A stretch of 54,377 bases of DNA. Source: an uncultured Gammaproteobacteria bacterium. Lineage in GTDB: Bacteria > Patescibacteriota > Microgenomatia > Levybacterales > UBA12049. The translations under genes and the position numbers were made by a program. The stretch lies in the NCBI GenBank assembly GCA_964408485.1, contig CAYOZJ010000004.1, positions 74,685 through 129,061 on the forward strand, written 5' to 3'. The notes under the pieces were generated by a model, which was not told where the DNA came from, did not search any database, and was given only the letters and a program-made list of their open reading frames with translations. Each line of letters starts with the position of its first letter. Position 1 is the stretch's first letter. Below, one piece after another: positions 33,056-42,120 of this stretch.

Positions 33056-34778
33056 ATTGCTTATTTGGCTATTGATTGCTTGTGGAGTTTTGGCAATTTG
33101 CTCATTTGCTGTAATTCCACTTTTTCATGCTGGTCTTTTTACTATGCATGATGATGAGCAAGTTGCCAGGTTACAGCAAATGTACTTGGTTATTTCTCAA
33201 GGACAGATACCTCCTCGTTGGATTCCTGATTTAGGGTTTGGATTTGGATATCCATTATTCAATTTCTATCCACCCCTTGTCTATTACGTAGGATCCCTTA
33301 TTCATTTTCTCGGATTTTCTTTTATTGATAGTACAAAGATTGTTTTTGGATTGGGATTTGTCTTGGCTGCATTAGCAATGTTTCTTTGGGTGCGAAAGCA
33401 TTATGGAATTATCCCTGGGCTTTTTGCTGCTATTTTATATACGTATGCACCGTATCATAGTGTTGATAGCTATGTACGAGGGGCATTGTCGGAATTTTTT
33501 TCTTGGATTTTTATTCCTCTTATTCTCCTTGCAATTGATCTTCTTATTGAAAAAAAGGAAAAGAAGTACATTGTCCTATTAGGTATTCTTTTTGGTTTGC
33601 TCATGCTGTCTCATACATTGGTTATGTTGCAATTTGGACCATTGCTTCTTGTGTATCTTGGATTTTTATTTTTCCAAAAAAGGAATCGAAATTTCACGAT
33701 GCTCATGCAGCTTCTCCTCGGTCTTGGATTAGGATTAGGGTTAACAGCGTATTTTTGGCTCCCATCGATTTTGGAAAAACAATATACGCTTGTTGATGCA
33801 ATCTTAACCAAGGAATTGGCAAGTTATGCTATTCACTTTGTCTGCCCTATACAACTATGGAGTGGAATTTGGGGATATGGTGGATCTGCGGCAGGCTGTC
33901 TTGATGGATTGTCATTTCAAATTGGGAAAGTGCAGACAATTATTGGCAGCTTAGGAGTTATTTTAAGCATATTATTTTTATTCAAAAGAAGACTTTTGGT
34001 AAGTATTGGTAGCGCTGTTCTTTTTTTGTGTTCAATATTTCTTGTTCTTCCTTATTCTAAATTCTTGTGGGACGTAGCAACACCGTTTTGGTATATCCAA
34101 TTTCCTTGGAGATACCTTCTTTTTGTTGCTGTGTTTTCCGCATTTTTAGGAGGATTTGTTTTATTTTTAGTGCAAAAACGATTTGGTACAGTTATTGCGA
34201 TTGTTTTAGGCTTAAGCTTGTCGTTGGTTGCTGTTTTTCAAGTAAGAAATTACTTTCAGCCTCAAGCGTACCGAATGGTAACCGATAAGGACATGGTTTC
34301 ACTCGAAGAACTTCAGGTACATGTGTCTGGACTTTCATATGAGTATGTACCTAAAGAAGAACCAACAATGTTATCGCCTCAAAAAACAACAGAACTTGTT
34401 TTACCAACATATGGAGGAGTAGATAGTTCAAGTTATGGATATCCTCCTAGCAATATGAAAGTAGTAGAAGTTGAAAACAAATCCTATTTGAAGAAATATA
34501 TAGTACGTGTATATAATACTAAGCTATATAACTCGGCAATTTTTCAGGTTAATACCTTTATTTTTCCCGGATGGACAGTATACGTAGATGGTAAGGAGCA
34601 AAAAAAACTTATTGATAATTACTTTCATGTAATACAAGTCGAATTACCAGCGGGAAGACACGAGGTAACGGTAAAATTTAACAATACGCCGATACGAGTT
34701 ATTGCGAGTGGTATTTCACTTGTGACAATAGGTATACTAATGACCTGTCTTTTTCTTTTTAAACGTAAAAAACAATGA
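33045..34778 (+). CDS. Polytopic membrane protein of the PTPS-related / COG5617-like type (GT-C candidate), tandem paralog B
   Basis: 577 aa. N-terminal block FHAGLFTMHDDEQVARL..SQGQIPPRWIP..GFGYPLFNFYPPLVYY and C-terminal block IFPGWTVYVDGKE..LPAGRHEVTVKF, followed by a TM helix. Confidence 0.45.
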   Translation: MKNRLLIWLLIACGVLAICSFAVIPLFHAGLFTMHDDEQVARLQQMYLVISQGQIPPRWIPDLGFGFGYPLFNFYPPLVYYVGSLIHFLGFSFIDSTKIVFGLGFVLAALAMFLWVRKHYGIIPGLFAAILYTYAPYHSVDSYVRGALSEFFSWIFIPLILLAIDLLIEKKEKKYIVLLGILFGLLMLSHTLVMLQFGPLLLVYLGFLFFQKRNRNFTMLMQLLLGLGLGLGLTAYFWLPSILEKQYTLVDAILTKELASYAIHFVCPIQLWSGIWGYGGSAAGCLDGLSFQIGKVQTIIGSLGVILSILFLFKRRLLVSIGSAVLFLCSIFLVLPYSKFLWDVATPFWYIQFPWRYLLFVAVFSAFLGGFVLFLVQKRFGTVIAIVLGLSLSLVAVFQVRNYFQPQAYRMVTDKDMVSLEELQVHVSGLSYEYVPKEEPTMLSPQKTTELVLPTYGGVDSSSYGYPPSNMKVVEVENKSYLKKYIVRVYNTKLYNSAIFQVNTFIFPGWTVYVDGKEQKKLIDNYFHVIQVELPAGRHEVTVKFNNTPIRVIASGISLVTIGILMTCLFLFKRKKQ

Positions 34779-35482
34779 AGCAAGTACCGTCGTTATCAAT
34801 CTTTTTTCCATTTTGGAATGAAGAGAAAAATATAGAAAAAGTTGTGTTGTCGTCCCTTCCTGTGGCAAAAAAAATAGCAAAGGAATGGGAGATACTTATT
34901 ATTGACGATGGATCTTCAGATAGTACGCTGGAGATTGCTCGCAGTCTTGCCAAAAAAGACAAGCATATTCGTGTTATCTCGCATAAAAAAAATCGCGGAT
35001 ACGGCGCAGCGCTTAAATCTGGTTTTAGGGAGTCTCGATACGATTATATTGTTTTTACCGATGGAGATGGCCAGTTTGATTTTTCTGAAGTAAGTAAGTT
35101 TATTGAAAAAATTGATACTGCGGATATTATTATTGGCAATAGGCTCAAGAGGCTAGATCATCCATTTAGGCATTTACTCATGAATCTTCTTAAGATATGG
35201 GATTTTGTCTTTTTTGGATTTTATTTTAAAGACATAGACTGCGGATTCAAAATGTTTACAAAACAGGCAGTGAAGAAAATAATGCCCCTTTCATCTGAAG
35301 GCGCAATGATAACCACAGAAATTTTAGCAAAAGCCATTCGTGCTAAGCTAAGGATAGTGCAAGTTGATGTTCATCATTTTCCTAGGCGTGCAGGCGATCA
35401 GTCAGGAGGAAATGTTCGAGTAATTATCAGAGCAATTAGGGAAAGTTTTATATTGTGGAAAAATTTACATGGAAGAACTTGA
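34775..35482 (+). CDS. GT2 glycosyltransferase, DPM1/GtrB-like (candidate polyprenyl-phosphate sugar synthase)
   Basis: 235 aa. Blocks LSIFFPFWNEEKNI, IIDDGSSDST, NRGYGAALKSG, FTDGDGQFD and IIIGNRLKR. Confidence 0.8.
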   Translation: MKQVPSLSIFFPFWNEEKNIEKVVLSSLPVAKKIAKEWEILIIDDGSSDSTLEIARSLAKKDKHIRVISHKKNRGYGAALKSGFRESRYDYIVFTDGDGQFDFSEVSKFIEKIDTADIIIGNRLKRLDHPFRHLLMNLLKIWDFVFFGFYFKDIDCGFKMFTKQAVKKIMPLSSEGAMITTEILAKAIRAKLRIVQVDVHHFPRRAGDQSGGNVRVIIRAIRESFILWKNLHGRT

Positions 35483-36920
35483 TATTGCAGCAATTGTCAA
35501 CAGATCCATCCACGGAGTATTTGCTTTAGTAAGCAGAACACTTTTTATTCAAATTGTTGGATTTGTTGTTAACTTCCTTTTAACGGTTTATTTATCACCT
35601 TCTGTTTTTGGTGTCTATTTTGTTGTAACGGCGGTTATCGCATTCCTTGCGTACTTTTCAGATATTGGTCTTGCTGCGGCGCTTATTCAAAAAAAAGAAA
35701 ATCTTACCAAGGAAGATCTCTCTACAACATTTACCATTCAACAGCTACTCGTGGTTGCAGCGTGTATTATTGCGCTTGTCCTTACACCTTTTCTTGCAAG
35801 GTTTTATCATTTGGATACAAATGGATTTGTTTTACTTCTTTCTCTCATTGTTGCCTTTTTTCTTTCATCTCTCAAAACAATTCCATCCATTCTTCTTGAG
35901 CGCGATTTACGATTTGAAAAATTAGTCATTCCGCAAATTGTTGAGACGCTTGCATTTAATCTTGTTGCGCTTTTTTGTGCTACGCGTGGCATGGGAGTTG
36001 CGAGTTTTACCTGGGCGGTATTAGCAAGAGGTGTTGCTGGTCTTATTACAATCTATATTGTATCTCCATGGAAGATTTCGTTTGGTATTTCATTCCCAAC
36101 CGCAAAAAAGCTTCTTTCGTATGGTATTCCATTTCAGGCCAACAGTTTTCTTGCACTCATTAAAGACGACCTTCTTATTGCCTATGCTGGGCGTGTGTTG
36201 CCAATAGCGCAAGTTGGATACATTGGGTTTGCGCAAAAGTGGGCATTTGCGCCGCTTCGACTTATCTCAGATAACGTTATTCGTATTGCATTCCCTTCTT
36301 TTGCGAGACTTCAGCATGACAGCAAACACTTGGGGAAAGCTATTGAAAAATCTCTTTTTGCGCTTACCTTTCTTACCTTTCCCGCTTTGGTAGGTTTGGT
36401 AGCGCTTGCTCCAACTCTCGTAATCCTTATTCCTAAATATCATAAATGGGAACCAGCACTTCTTTCATTAGGATTTTTTGCAGTTAACGCAGCACTTTCA
36501 TCTGTTTCAACGCCTTTGACAAATGTTTTGAATGCTGTTGGAAAGATTAAAACAACGTTGTATCTTATGATTTTCTGGACAGTCACAACCTGGGTTATTA
36601 CTCCTCTCGCCATGTATTGGTATGGATTTAACGGATTTGCCTTTGCCTCGGCACTCATTTCACTCAGTGTTGTGTTGGTTATTTTTGTTACAAAAAAACA
36701 CTTGGATTTTTCAATAAAACCAATACTAGCGCCTCTCGCAGCATCTATCATTTTGGGGATTTTTCTTTATTTTGGAAATACATTTTTGCCCAAAAACATC
36801 ATTTCTGTTGTAGGGCTTATGGTGGGAGGCATGCTTATTTATTTTGCAAGCTGTTTTGCTCTTGCCAGGTCGGCAATTATGCAGGATATTGTACTTATCC
36901 GCAAACAATTTGTACAATAG
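35469..36920 (+). CDS. MOP-superfamily polysaccharide/oligosaccharide flippase (Wzx-like)
   Basis: 483 aa with about 12-14 TM segments. The N-terminal region (SRTLFIQIVGFVVNFLLTVYLSPSVFGVY..SDIGLAAALIQ) is typical of polysaccharide biosynthesis (PST) proteins. Confidence 0.75.
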   Translation: MEELDIAAIVNRSIHGVFALVSRTLFIQIVGFVVNFLLTVYLSPSVFGVYFVVTAVIAFLAYFSDIGLAAALIQKKENLTKEDLSTTFTIQQLLVVAACIIALVLTPFLARFYHLDTNGFVLLLSLIVAFFLSSLKTIPSILLERDLRFEKLVIPQIVETLAFNLVALFCATRGMGVASFTWAVLARGVAGLITIYIVSPWKISFGISFPTAKKLLSYGIPFQANSFLALIKDDLLIAYAGRVLPIAQVGYIGFAQKWAFAPLRLISDNVIRIAFPSFARLQHDSKHLGKAIEKSLFALTFLTFPALVGLVALAPTLVILIPKYHKWEPALLSLGFFAVNAALSSVSTPLTNVLNAVGKIKTTLYLMIFWTVTTWVITPLAMYWYGFNGFAFASALISLSVVLVIFVTKKHLDFSIKPILAPLAASIILGIFLYFGNTFLPKNIISVVGLMVGGMLIYFASCFALARSAIMQDIVLIRKQFVQ

Positions 36921-36924
36921 ACGT

Positions 36925-37836
36925 ATGACTTTATTGTCAGTCGTCGTAACCGTCTTTAATGGTGAGAAGTATCTCGCTGAGTGTTTGGCTTCTGTAAAGG
37001 ATATTGCTTCAGAAATTATTGTTGTTGATCATCAGTCTTCAGATAAATCCCTTTCTATTGCTAAGAAATTTACCAAAAAGGTATACTCTCGACCCAACGA
37101 CGTATCGAGTATTGATCTACAAAAAAATTATGGATTTGAGAAAGCTACTGGCGATTGGATCCTTTCTTTGGATGCGGATGAAGCAGTTACTCAAGAATTG
37201 ATACATGAAATTCGCTCTATTATCGATGGTCAGTCGTCAATACTAAGTGGGTATTATATTCCAAGAAAAAATATCATTTTTGGTAAATGGATAGAGCATA
37301 CGGGTTGGTATCCGGATTATCAGTTGCGACTCTTTAAAAGAGGGAAGGGAAAATATACAAAAAAGCACGTCCATGAGCAGATCATGATTGATGGAGAAGT
37401 AGGAAAATTAATAAATCCCCTTCATCATGAAGCATATCAAACAGTTTACCAATTCTTACATCGTGGTCTTACTGTCTATGCGCCCAATGAAGCAGAGGCA
37501 CTGAGAGTAAATGAGTATGCGTTTTCTTATAAAGATACTGTTTGGTTTCCTTTTCAAGAATTTCTACGCCGCTATTTTGCTAGAGAGGGATATAAAGATG
37601 GATTTCATGGTCTTGTCTTGTCTCTTCTTATGGCAGCCTACCACTTGGCGGTATTTTTATACCTTTGGGAATATGAAAAATTCCCTTCTTCAGTAAATCC
37701 AACAGTACTTCTCGCAAATCAAATTACTACAATGAAAACAGAATGGTCTTACTGGACAACAACAATGCGAATTAATCAAGCAAAAAATCCAGCAACAAAA
37801 ATACTGCTTAAAGCAAAAAGAAAGCTACATGTATGA
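36925..37836 (+). CDS. GT2 glycosyltransferase (WaaE/KdtX-like)
   Basis: The ORF is open from 36844, but the start is taken at Met28 (MTLLSVVVTVFNGEKYL), 4 nt after the flippase stop. Blocks VVDHQSSDKS and LDADE. Confidence 0.75.
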   Translation: MTLLSVVVTVFNGEKYLAECLASVKDIASEIIVVDHQSSDKSLSIAKKFTKKVYSRPNDVSSIDLQKNYGFEKATGDWILSLDADEAVTQELIHEIRSIIDGQSSILSGYYIPRKNIIFGKWIEHTGWYPDYQLRLFKRGKGKYTKKHVHEQIMIDGEVGKLINPLHHEAYQTVYQFLHRGLTVYAPNEAEALRVNEYAFSYKDTVWFPFQEFLRRYFAREGYKDGFHGLVLSLLMAAYHLAVFLYLWEYEKFPSSVNPTVLLANQITTMKTEWSYWTTTMRINQAKNPATKILLKAKRKLHV

Positions 37837-38744
37837 CACACATTACTGTTGTCACCGTTGATTTTAATAGTCATGAGGAGACACATAATCTTCTTGCATC
37901 ATTACGAAAAGTAGACCATGGTAGTTTTGATCTCTCTGTTATTGTGGTGGACAATGCATCGAAAATTTCATTGTCTTTAACAAAAGAAGAAGAAAAATTT
38001 GCAACTCTTTTTACTACAGAAAAAAATCTAGGATTTACCGGTGGGTATAATCTCGGTATAAAAAAGGCATTAGCAAACGGCGCAGATTATGTTGTTATAC
38101 TCAATAACGATACACTTGTTGACGGGCGTTGTTTTGAGGAGTTTCTGAAGAATGCTAAAGAAAATCCTCAGTGTGGCATCATTGTGCCAAAAATTTATTT
38201 TGCTCCCAATCATGAATTCCATAAAGATAGATACACAGCAAAAGAACGAGGGAAAGTTTTTTGGTACGCAGGGGGTTTTATGGATTGGGCAAATGTTTTT
38301 AGTAGGCATCGGGGAGTTGATGAAGTAGATAATGGACAATATGACACGTCTGAAAGAATGGATTTTGCTACAGGGTGTTGCATGTTTATTCCAAAAAACG
38401 TTTTAGAAAAGGTAGGGATGTTTGATGAAGAACTCTTTTTGTATTTTGAAGATGCAGACTTGAGTCAACGAGTCATACGCCAAGGATACGAGATTCTGTA
38501 TGATCCAACCGCTGTTATCTGGCATGTAAATGCAGCATCTGGTGGGGGTGCAGGATCTATTCTTCACGATTATTATATTACGCGAAATAGAATGATATTT
38601 GGCATGCGATATGCGCCACTTCGGGCTAAATTGGCACTTTTTCGCGAAAGCATTCGGTTGCTCATACATGGTCGTGAATGGCAGAAAAAAGGAATACAAG
38701 ATTTCTACTTAAGAAAGTCTGGAAAAGGGAGTTTTGGCGCATGA
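37833..38744 (+). CDS. GT2 glycosyltransferase (rhamnosyltransferase/WbbL-like)
   Basis: 303 aa. Blocks ITVVTVDFNS, VVDNASK, NLGFTGGYNLG, ILNNDTLV and YFEDADLSQR. Confidence 0.75.
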   Translation: MTHITVVTVDFNSHEETHNLLASLRKVDHGSFDLSVIVVDNASKISLSLTKEEEKFATLFTTEKNLGFTGGYNLGIKKALANGADYVVILNNDTLVDGRCFEEFLKNAKENPQCGIIVPKIYFAPNHEFHKDRYTAKERGKVFWYAGGFMDWANVFSRHRGVDEVDNGQYDTSERMDFATGCCMFIPKNVLEKVGMFDEELFLYFEDADLSQRVIRQGYEILYDPTAVIWHVNAASGGGAGSILHDYYITRNRMIFGMRYAPLRAKLALFRESIRLLIHGREWQKKGIQDFYLRKSGKGSFGA

Positions 38745-39490
38745 AATTATCGGTTATTATCTTAACAAAAGATGCTCAGGATGTTTTGATAGATTGTCTT
38801 GAATCTGTAAAATTTGCCGACGAAATAATCATTGTTGATAATGGCTCAACAGATAAGACCCTTGTTATTGCAAAAGAAAAGAAAGCAATTATTATTACAG
38901 GGATCGATGATAATTTTGCAGAGAATCGAAATAAGGGATTGCAGAAAGCAAAAGGGGAATGGGTTTTGTATATAGATTCCGATGAACGGATTAGTCCCTC
39001 TTTGAGGGACAGTATAAAGAATAAAGTATTAAGTATTAAGGAACCAGAATTTGCAGCTTTCAAAATTCAACGAAAAAACTTTTACTTGGGAAACAATCCA
39101 TGGCCAAAAATAGAAAAGCTTGAGAGACTTTTTTTACGTTCCAAATTGCAGAAATGGATCGGTAAGCTTCACGAAAGTCCTGTTGTGAATGGAGAAATTG
39201 GTCAACTCGATGGGTATCTGCTGCATTATACGCATCGTGATTTAGCAAGTATGCTTGACAAGACTATTGCGTGGGCTCCCATAGAAGCAAAACTACGAGT
39301 TGATGCGCATCATCCAAAAATTGTTGTATGGCGTCTTATCCGTGTTATGGCAACAGGATTTTGGAATTCATATATTAGTCAAGGTGGATGGAGAGTAGGC
39401 ACAATGGGATTTATAGAAAGCATCTATCAGTCTTACAGTATGTTTATAACGTATGCAACGCTTTGGGAAATGCAAAACAGTAGTAAGTAG
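38741..39490 (+). CDS. GT2 glycosyltransferase (WaaE/KdtX-like), paralog of 36925-37836
   Basis: The ORF is open from 38678, but the start is taken at Met22 (MKLSVIILTKDAQ), which forms an ATGA overlap with the upstream stop. Blocks IVDNGSTDKT and IDSDE. Confidence 0.75.
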   Translation: MKLSVIILTKDAQDVLIDCLESVKFADEIIIVDNGSTDKTLVIAKEKKAIIITGIDDNFAENRNKGLQKAKGEWVLYIDSDERISPSLRDSIKNKVLSIKEPEFAAFKIQRKNFYLGNNPWPKIEKLERLFLRSKLQKWIGKLHESPVVNGEIGQLDGYLLHYTHRDLASMLDKTIAWAPIEAKLRVDAHHPKIVVWRLIRVMATGFWNSYISQGGWRVGTMGFIESIYQSYSMFITYATLWEMQNSSK

Positions 39491-39498
39491 CATGTATT

Positions 39499-41820
39499 AT
39501 GTTAGTCGTTATGAAAACATTTTTTCGTAATCATTGGCCAATATTCTTTATTGTTTTACTGTGGTTTCTGTTTTGTTCCCCCTTTTTTCTTCACGGCAAA
39601 ATTCCTTTCCCAGGAGATTATCAAGTAACATTTTTCCCTCCTTGGAGCCAATATGGTCAATTTGCGCAACCAGTTAAAAATAGTGCTATGCCAGATGTTG
39701 TGGATCAGTTATATCCATGGAAACATTTAGTTATCTCTGAATGGAAATCAGGACAAATACCGTTGTGGAATCCATATAATTTTGCTGGGACTCCACTTCT
39801 AGCAAATTATCAATCTTCAGTTTTTTCCCCTCTCAATATGTTGTTTTTTATTTTTCCATTTATTACTGCTTGGAGCATGCTTATTCTCATGCAGCCGCTT
39901 TTGGCAGGGGTAGGAATGTATTTATTTGCTCGAAGAATTGGAGTTTCTCAAATTGGTGCGAGTCTTTCCGCGGTTGCTTTTATGTTTTGTGGATTTATGA
40001 CAACGTGGATGGGGTATGGAACACTGGGTTACGCAGTTGGTGTCCTTCCGCTTGTGCTTTTGGGAATAGAAGGATTTATGCAGACAAAACAATTTCGATT
40101 TATATTGCTAACTATATGCAGTTTGGCATTCTCTTTCCTTAGCGGACATTTTCAAATGAGTCTTTATGTACTACTAGCAGGGGTATGCTATACAATTTTT
40201 TGTGCAACTCATGAAAAAAATAGAAAAAAAATTCTGATAGCCTTTTTAGTTTTACTAACAGGAGTATTACTTGCCGCACCGCAAATTTTTCCATCAATTG
40301 AGTTTTATGCTCAATCTCTTCGGAGTACTATTTTTGCCAGACCTGAAGTAATTCCTTGGCAGTATCTTCTTGCAAGTTTTGCTCCTGATTTCTTTGGTAA
40401 TCCCGTAACACGCAATGATTGGTTTGGGCACTATGCCGAGTGGAGTAGTTATGTTGGTATTTTACCATTGCTTTTTGGACTTTTTAGTCTACAAAACTTT
40501 CGGATAAATAAATATGTCCGTGTATTTTCTATGCTGGGATTTTTGTCTCTTCTTTTGGCAACACCCACATTTTTAGGAGATCTTATTGTATATTTACACA
40601 TTCCTGTTTTGGCAACATCAGCAGCAGGAAGAATTATTGTAGTCTTCAGCTTTTGTTTTGCTGTGTTAGCAGGAATAGGCTTTGATCTGTGGATAAAAAG
40701 TCCAAAACGAATCCTTCTGGGAATCCTTAGTATTATTTTTCTTTTGCTCGGATGGGGAATTATTTTGGGAAAGATTGGATTGTCCTTAGAACATGTTGTT
40801 GTTGCCAAGCAAAACTTCCTACTCCCTTCGTTATTTTTAGGGAGCGCATTGGTTGGTTCGGTTATTGCATATTTTGTAAAGAATAAAAAAGTCCTTATCA
40901 TCTTGAGTTTTACATTTTTACTTTTAAGCTCCTTCGATATGTATCGATTCGCTTCTAAGTGGCAATCATTCAGTCCGCAAAATCTTGTCTTCCCAGAGGT
41001 TGGGGTAACATCATTTTTTCAAAAGGTTCACAACGAAAGAGTCTTGGGAAATTATGGAGGGCAAGTGTCGATATTTTATCAATTACCTTCATTAGAAGGA
41101 TATGACGCACTCTATCCAGAGCGATTTGGTGAGTTTGTTAGTTATGTTGCAAATGGTAATTTGCAACCGGCAAGTAGATCGACAGTTGATTTTCCGAAGA
41201 CCGGAAGATACACAAGGGAAGCAATAAATCTTTTGGGTGTAACGTATATTGTTCAAAAACTTTCTGATGTTGGTAAGCCCTGGGCTTTTCCAATAGAAAA
41301 ATATCCGACGGATGATTTTACCATAGCCTATAAAGATAGTGAGTACGTTGTCTTTAAAAATACTAAGGCGCTGCCTCGTGCGTTTGTTGCGCAAAGCTAT
41401 GTAGTGACAGCAAATAAAAAGGATACGGTAACGAAATTATTTACCAAAGGAATAGACCAGAGCAAAACACTTGTGCTTGAACAGGACCCACATATTTCCC
41501 AATCTGCTAATCTATCTGCTCATGCTGTAATAACATCCTATTCATACAATAACGTCACCATTGCAGTGCAAAGCAATGAAAAGGCGTTGCTTTTTTTGTC
41601 TGATACCTATTTTCCAGGTTGGCATGCATATATTGATGGGAAAGAGACACCCATTCTGCGAGCAGATTATACATTTCGAAGTATCGTTATTCCTGCAGGA
41701 AAGCACACAGTTATATTTAGCTATTTTCCAACAAGTTTTCTCTTTGGTTGCAGTGCTTTTATAGTTGGCGTAATTCTCCTTGGAGGAATTTATTTTTTCC
41801 AAAAGAGAAGCGTATGGTAA
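39499..41820 (+). CDS. YfhO-like polytopic membrane glycosyltransferase candidate (paralog 2)
   Basis: 773 aa. Blocks LYPWKHL..GQIPLWNPYNFAGTPLLANYQSSVFSP and FLSDTYFPGWHAYIDGKE..VIPAGKHTVIFSYFP, followed by a terminal TM helix. Confidence 0.7.
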   Translation: MLVVMKTFFRNHWPIFFIVLLWFLFCSPFFLHGKIPFPGDYQVTFFPPWSQYGQFAQPVKNSAMPDVVDQLYPWKHLVISEWKSGQIPLWNPYNFAGTPLLANYQSSVFSPLNMLFFIFPFITAWSMLILMQPLLAGVGMYLFARRIGVSQIGASLSAVAFMFCGFMTTWMGYGTLGYAVGVLPLVLLGIEGFMQTKQFRFILLTICSLAFSFLSGHFQMSLYVLLAGVCYTIFCATHEKNRKKILIAFLVLLTGVLLAAPQIFPSIEFYAQSLRSTIFARPEVIPWQYLLASFAPDFFGNPVTRNDWFGHYAEWSSYVGILPLLFGLFSLQNFRINKYVRVFSMLGFLSLLLATPTFLGDLIVYLHIPVLATSAAGRIIVVFSFCFAVLAGIGFDLWIKSPKRILLGILSIIFLLLGWGIILGKIGLSLEHVVVAKQNFLLPSLFLGSALVGSVIAYFVKNKKVLIILSFTFLLLSSFDMYRFASKWQSFSPQNLVFPEVGVTSFFQKVHNERVLGNYGGQVSIFYQLPSLEGYDALYPERFGEFVSYVANGNLQPASRSTVDFPKTGRYTREAINLLGVTYIVQKLSDVGKPWAFPIEKYPTDDFTIAYKDSEYVVFKNTKALPRAFVAQSYVVTANKKDTVTKLFTKGIDQSKTLVLEQDPHISQSANLSAHAVITSYSYNNVTIAVQSNEKALLFLSDTYFPGWHAYIDGKETPILRADYTFRSIVIPAGKHTVIFSYFPTSFLFGCSAFIVGVILLGGIYFFQKRSVW

Positions 41821-42011
41821 TCAAATCGTTTTTTGGCAAAGAAAAATAAGTAGACAATTTCCACGATTCCTGCTGCGTTGAGTATAAGCATGACAACAAA
41901 CCAATTCTTTTGTCCCAGCTTTGCTGCATGCCACAAGGCTAATCCTTTCCAGAAAAGCGACCAGAGAAAAAGACCAAAGACAACCGGTGCCGGTATTGCA
42001 TTAAAATCCAT
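41790..42011 (-). CDS. Small two-TM membrane protein, DUF5652-like
   Basis: 73 aa. Block LWSLFWKGLALWHAAKLGQKNWFVVMLILNAAGIVEIVYLFFF. It has its own consensus promoter, and its 3' end overlaps the YfhO paralog 2 3' end by 31 nt (convergent). Confidence 0.6.
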   Translation of the reverse strand: MDFNAIPAPVVFGLFLWSLFWKGLALWHAAKLGQKNWFVVMLILNAAGIVEIVYLFFFAKKRFDYHTLLFWKK

Positions 42012-42017
42012 GCATTA

Positions 42018-42046
42018 ATAGTACATGTTGTTTGGCCATCTGTCAA
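42018..42046 (-). promoter_or_regulatory. Consensus promoter: TTGACA, 17 nt, TACTAT, placed 6 nt before ATG 42011 (leaderless layout)
   Basis: On the minus strand, -35 is at 42046-42041 and -10 at 42023-42018. Confidence 0.6.
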
Positions 42047-42120
42047 AAATTTCTCTTTCACAAGATTTAGCTACGTAGCCAATCATTGTTAGGAATTAAA
42101 AACTAATATACAATTAGAGT

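Noticed and set aside
36844-36924. N-terminal extensions of two GT2 ORFs in the supplied track (36844 start; likewise 38678-38740).
   Set aside because: The extensions overlap the preceding genes by 77 and 67 nt and encode non-GT sequence. Internal Mets at 36925 and 38741 give canonical GT2 N-termini (LSVVVTVFN / LSVIILTKD) and the usual tight or ATGA junctions.
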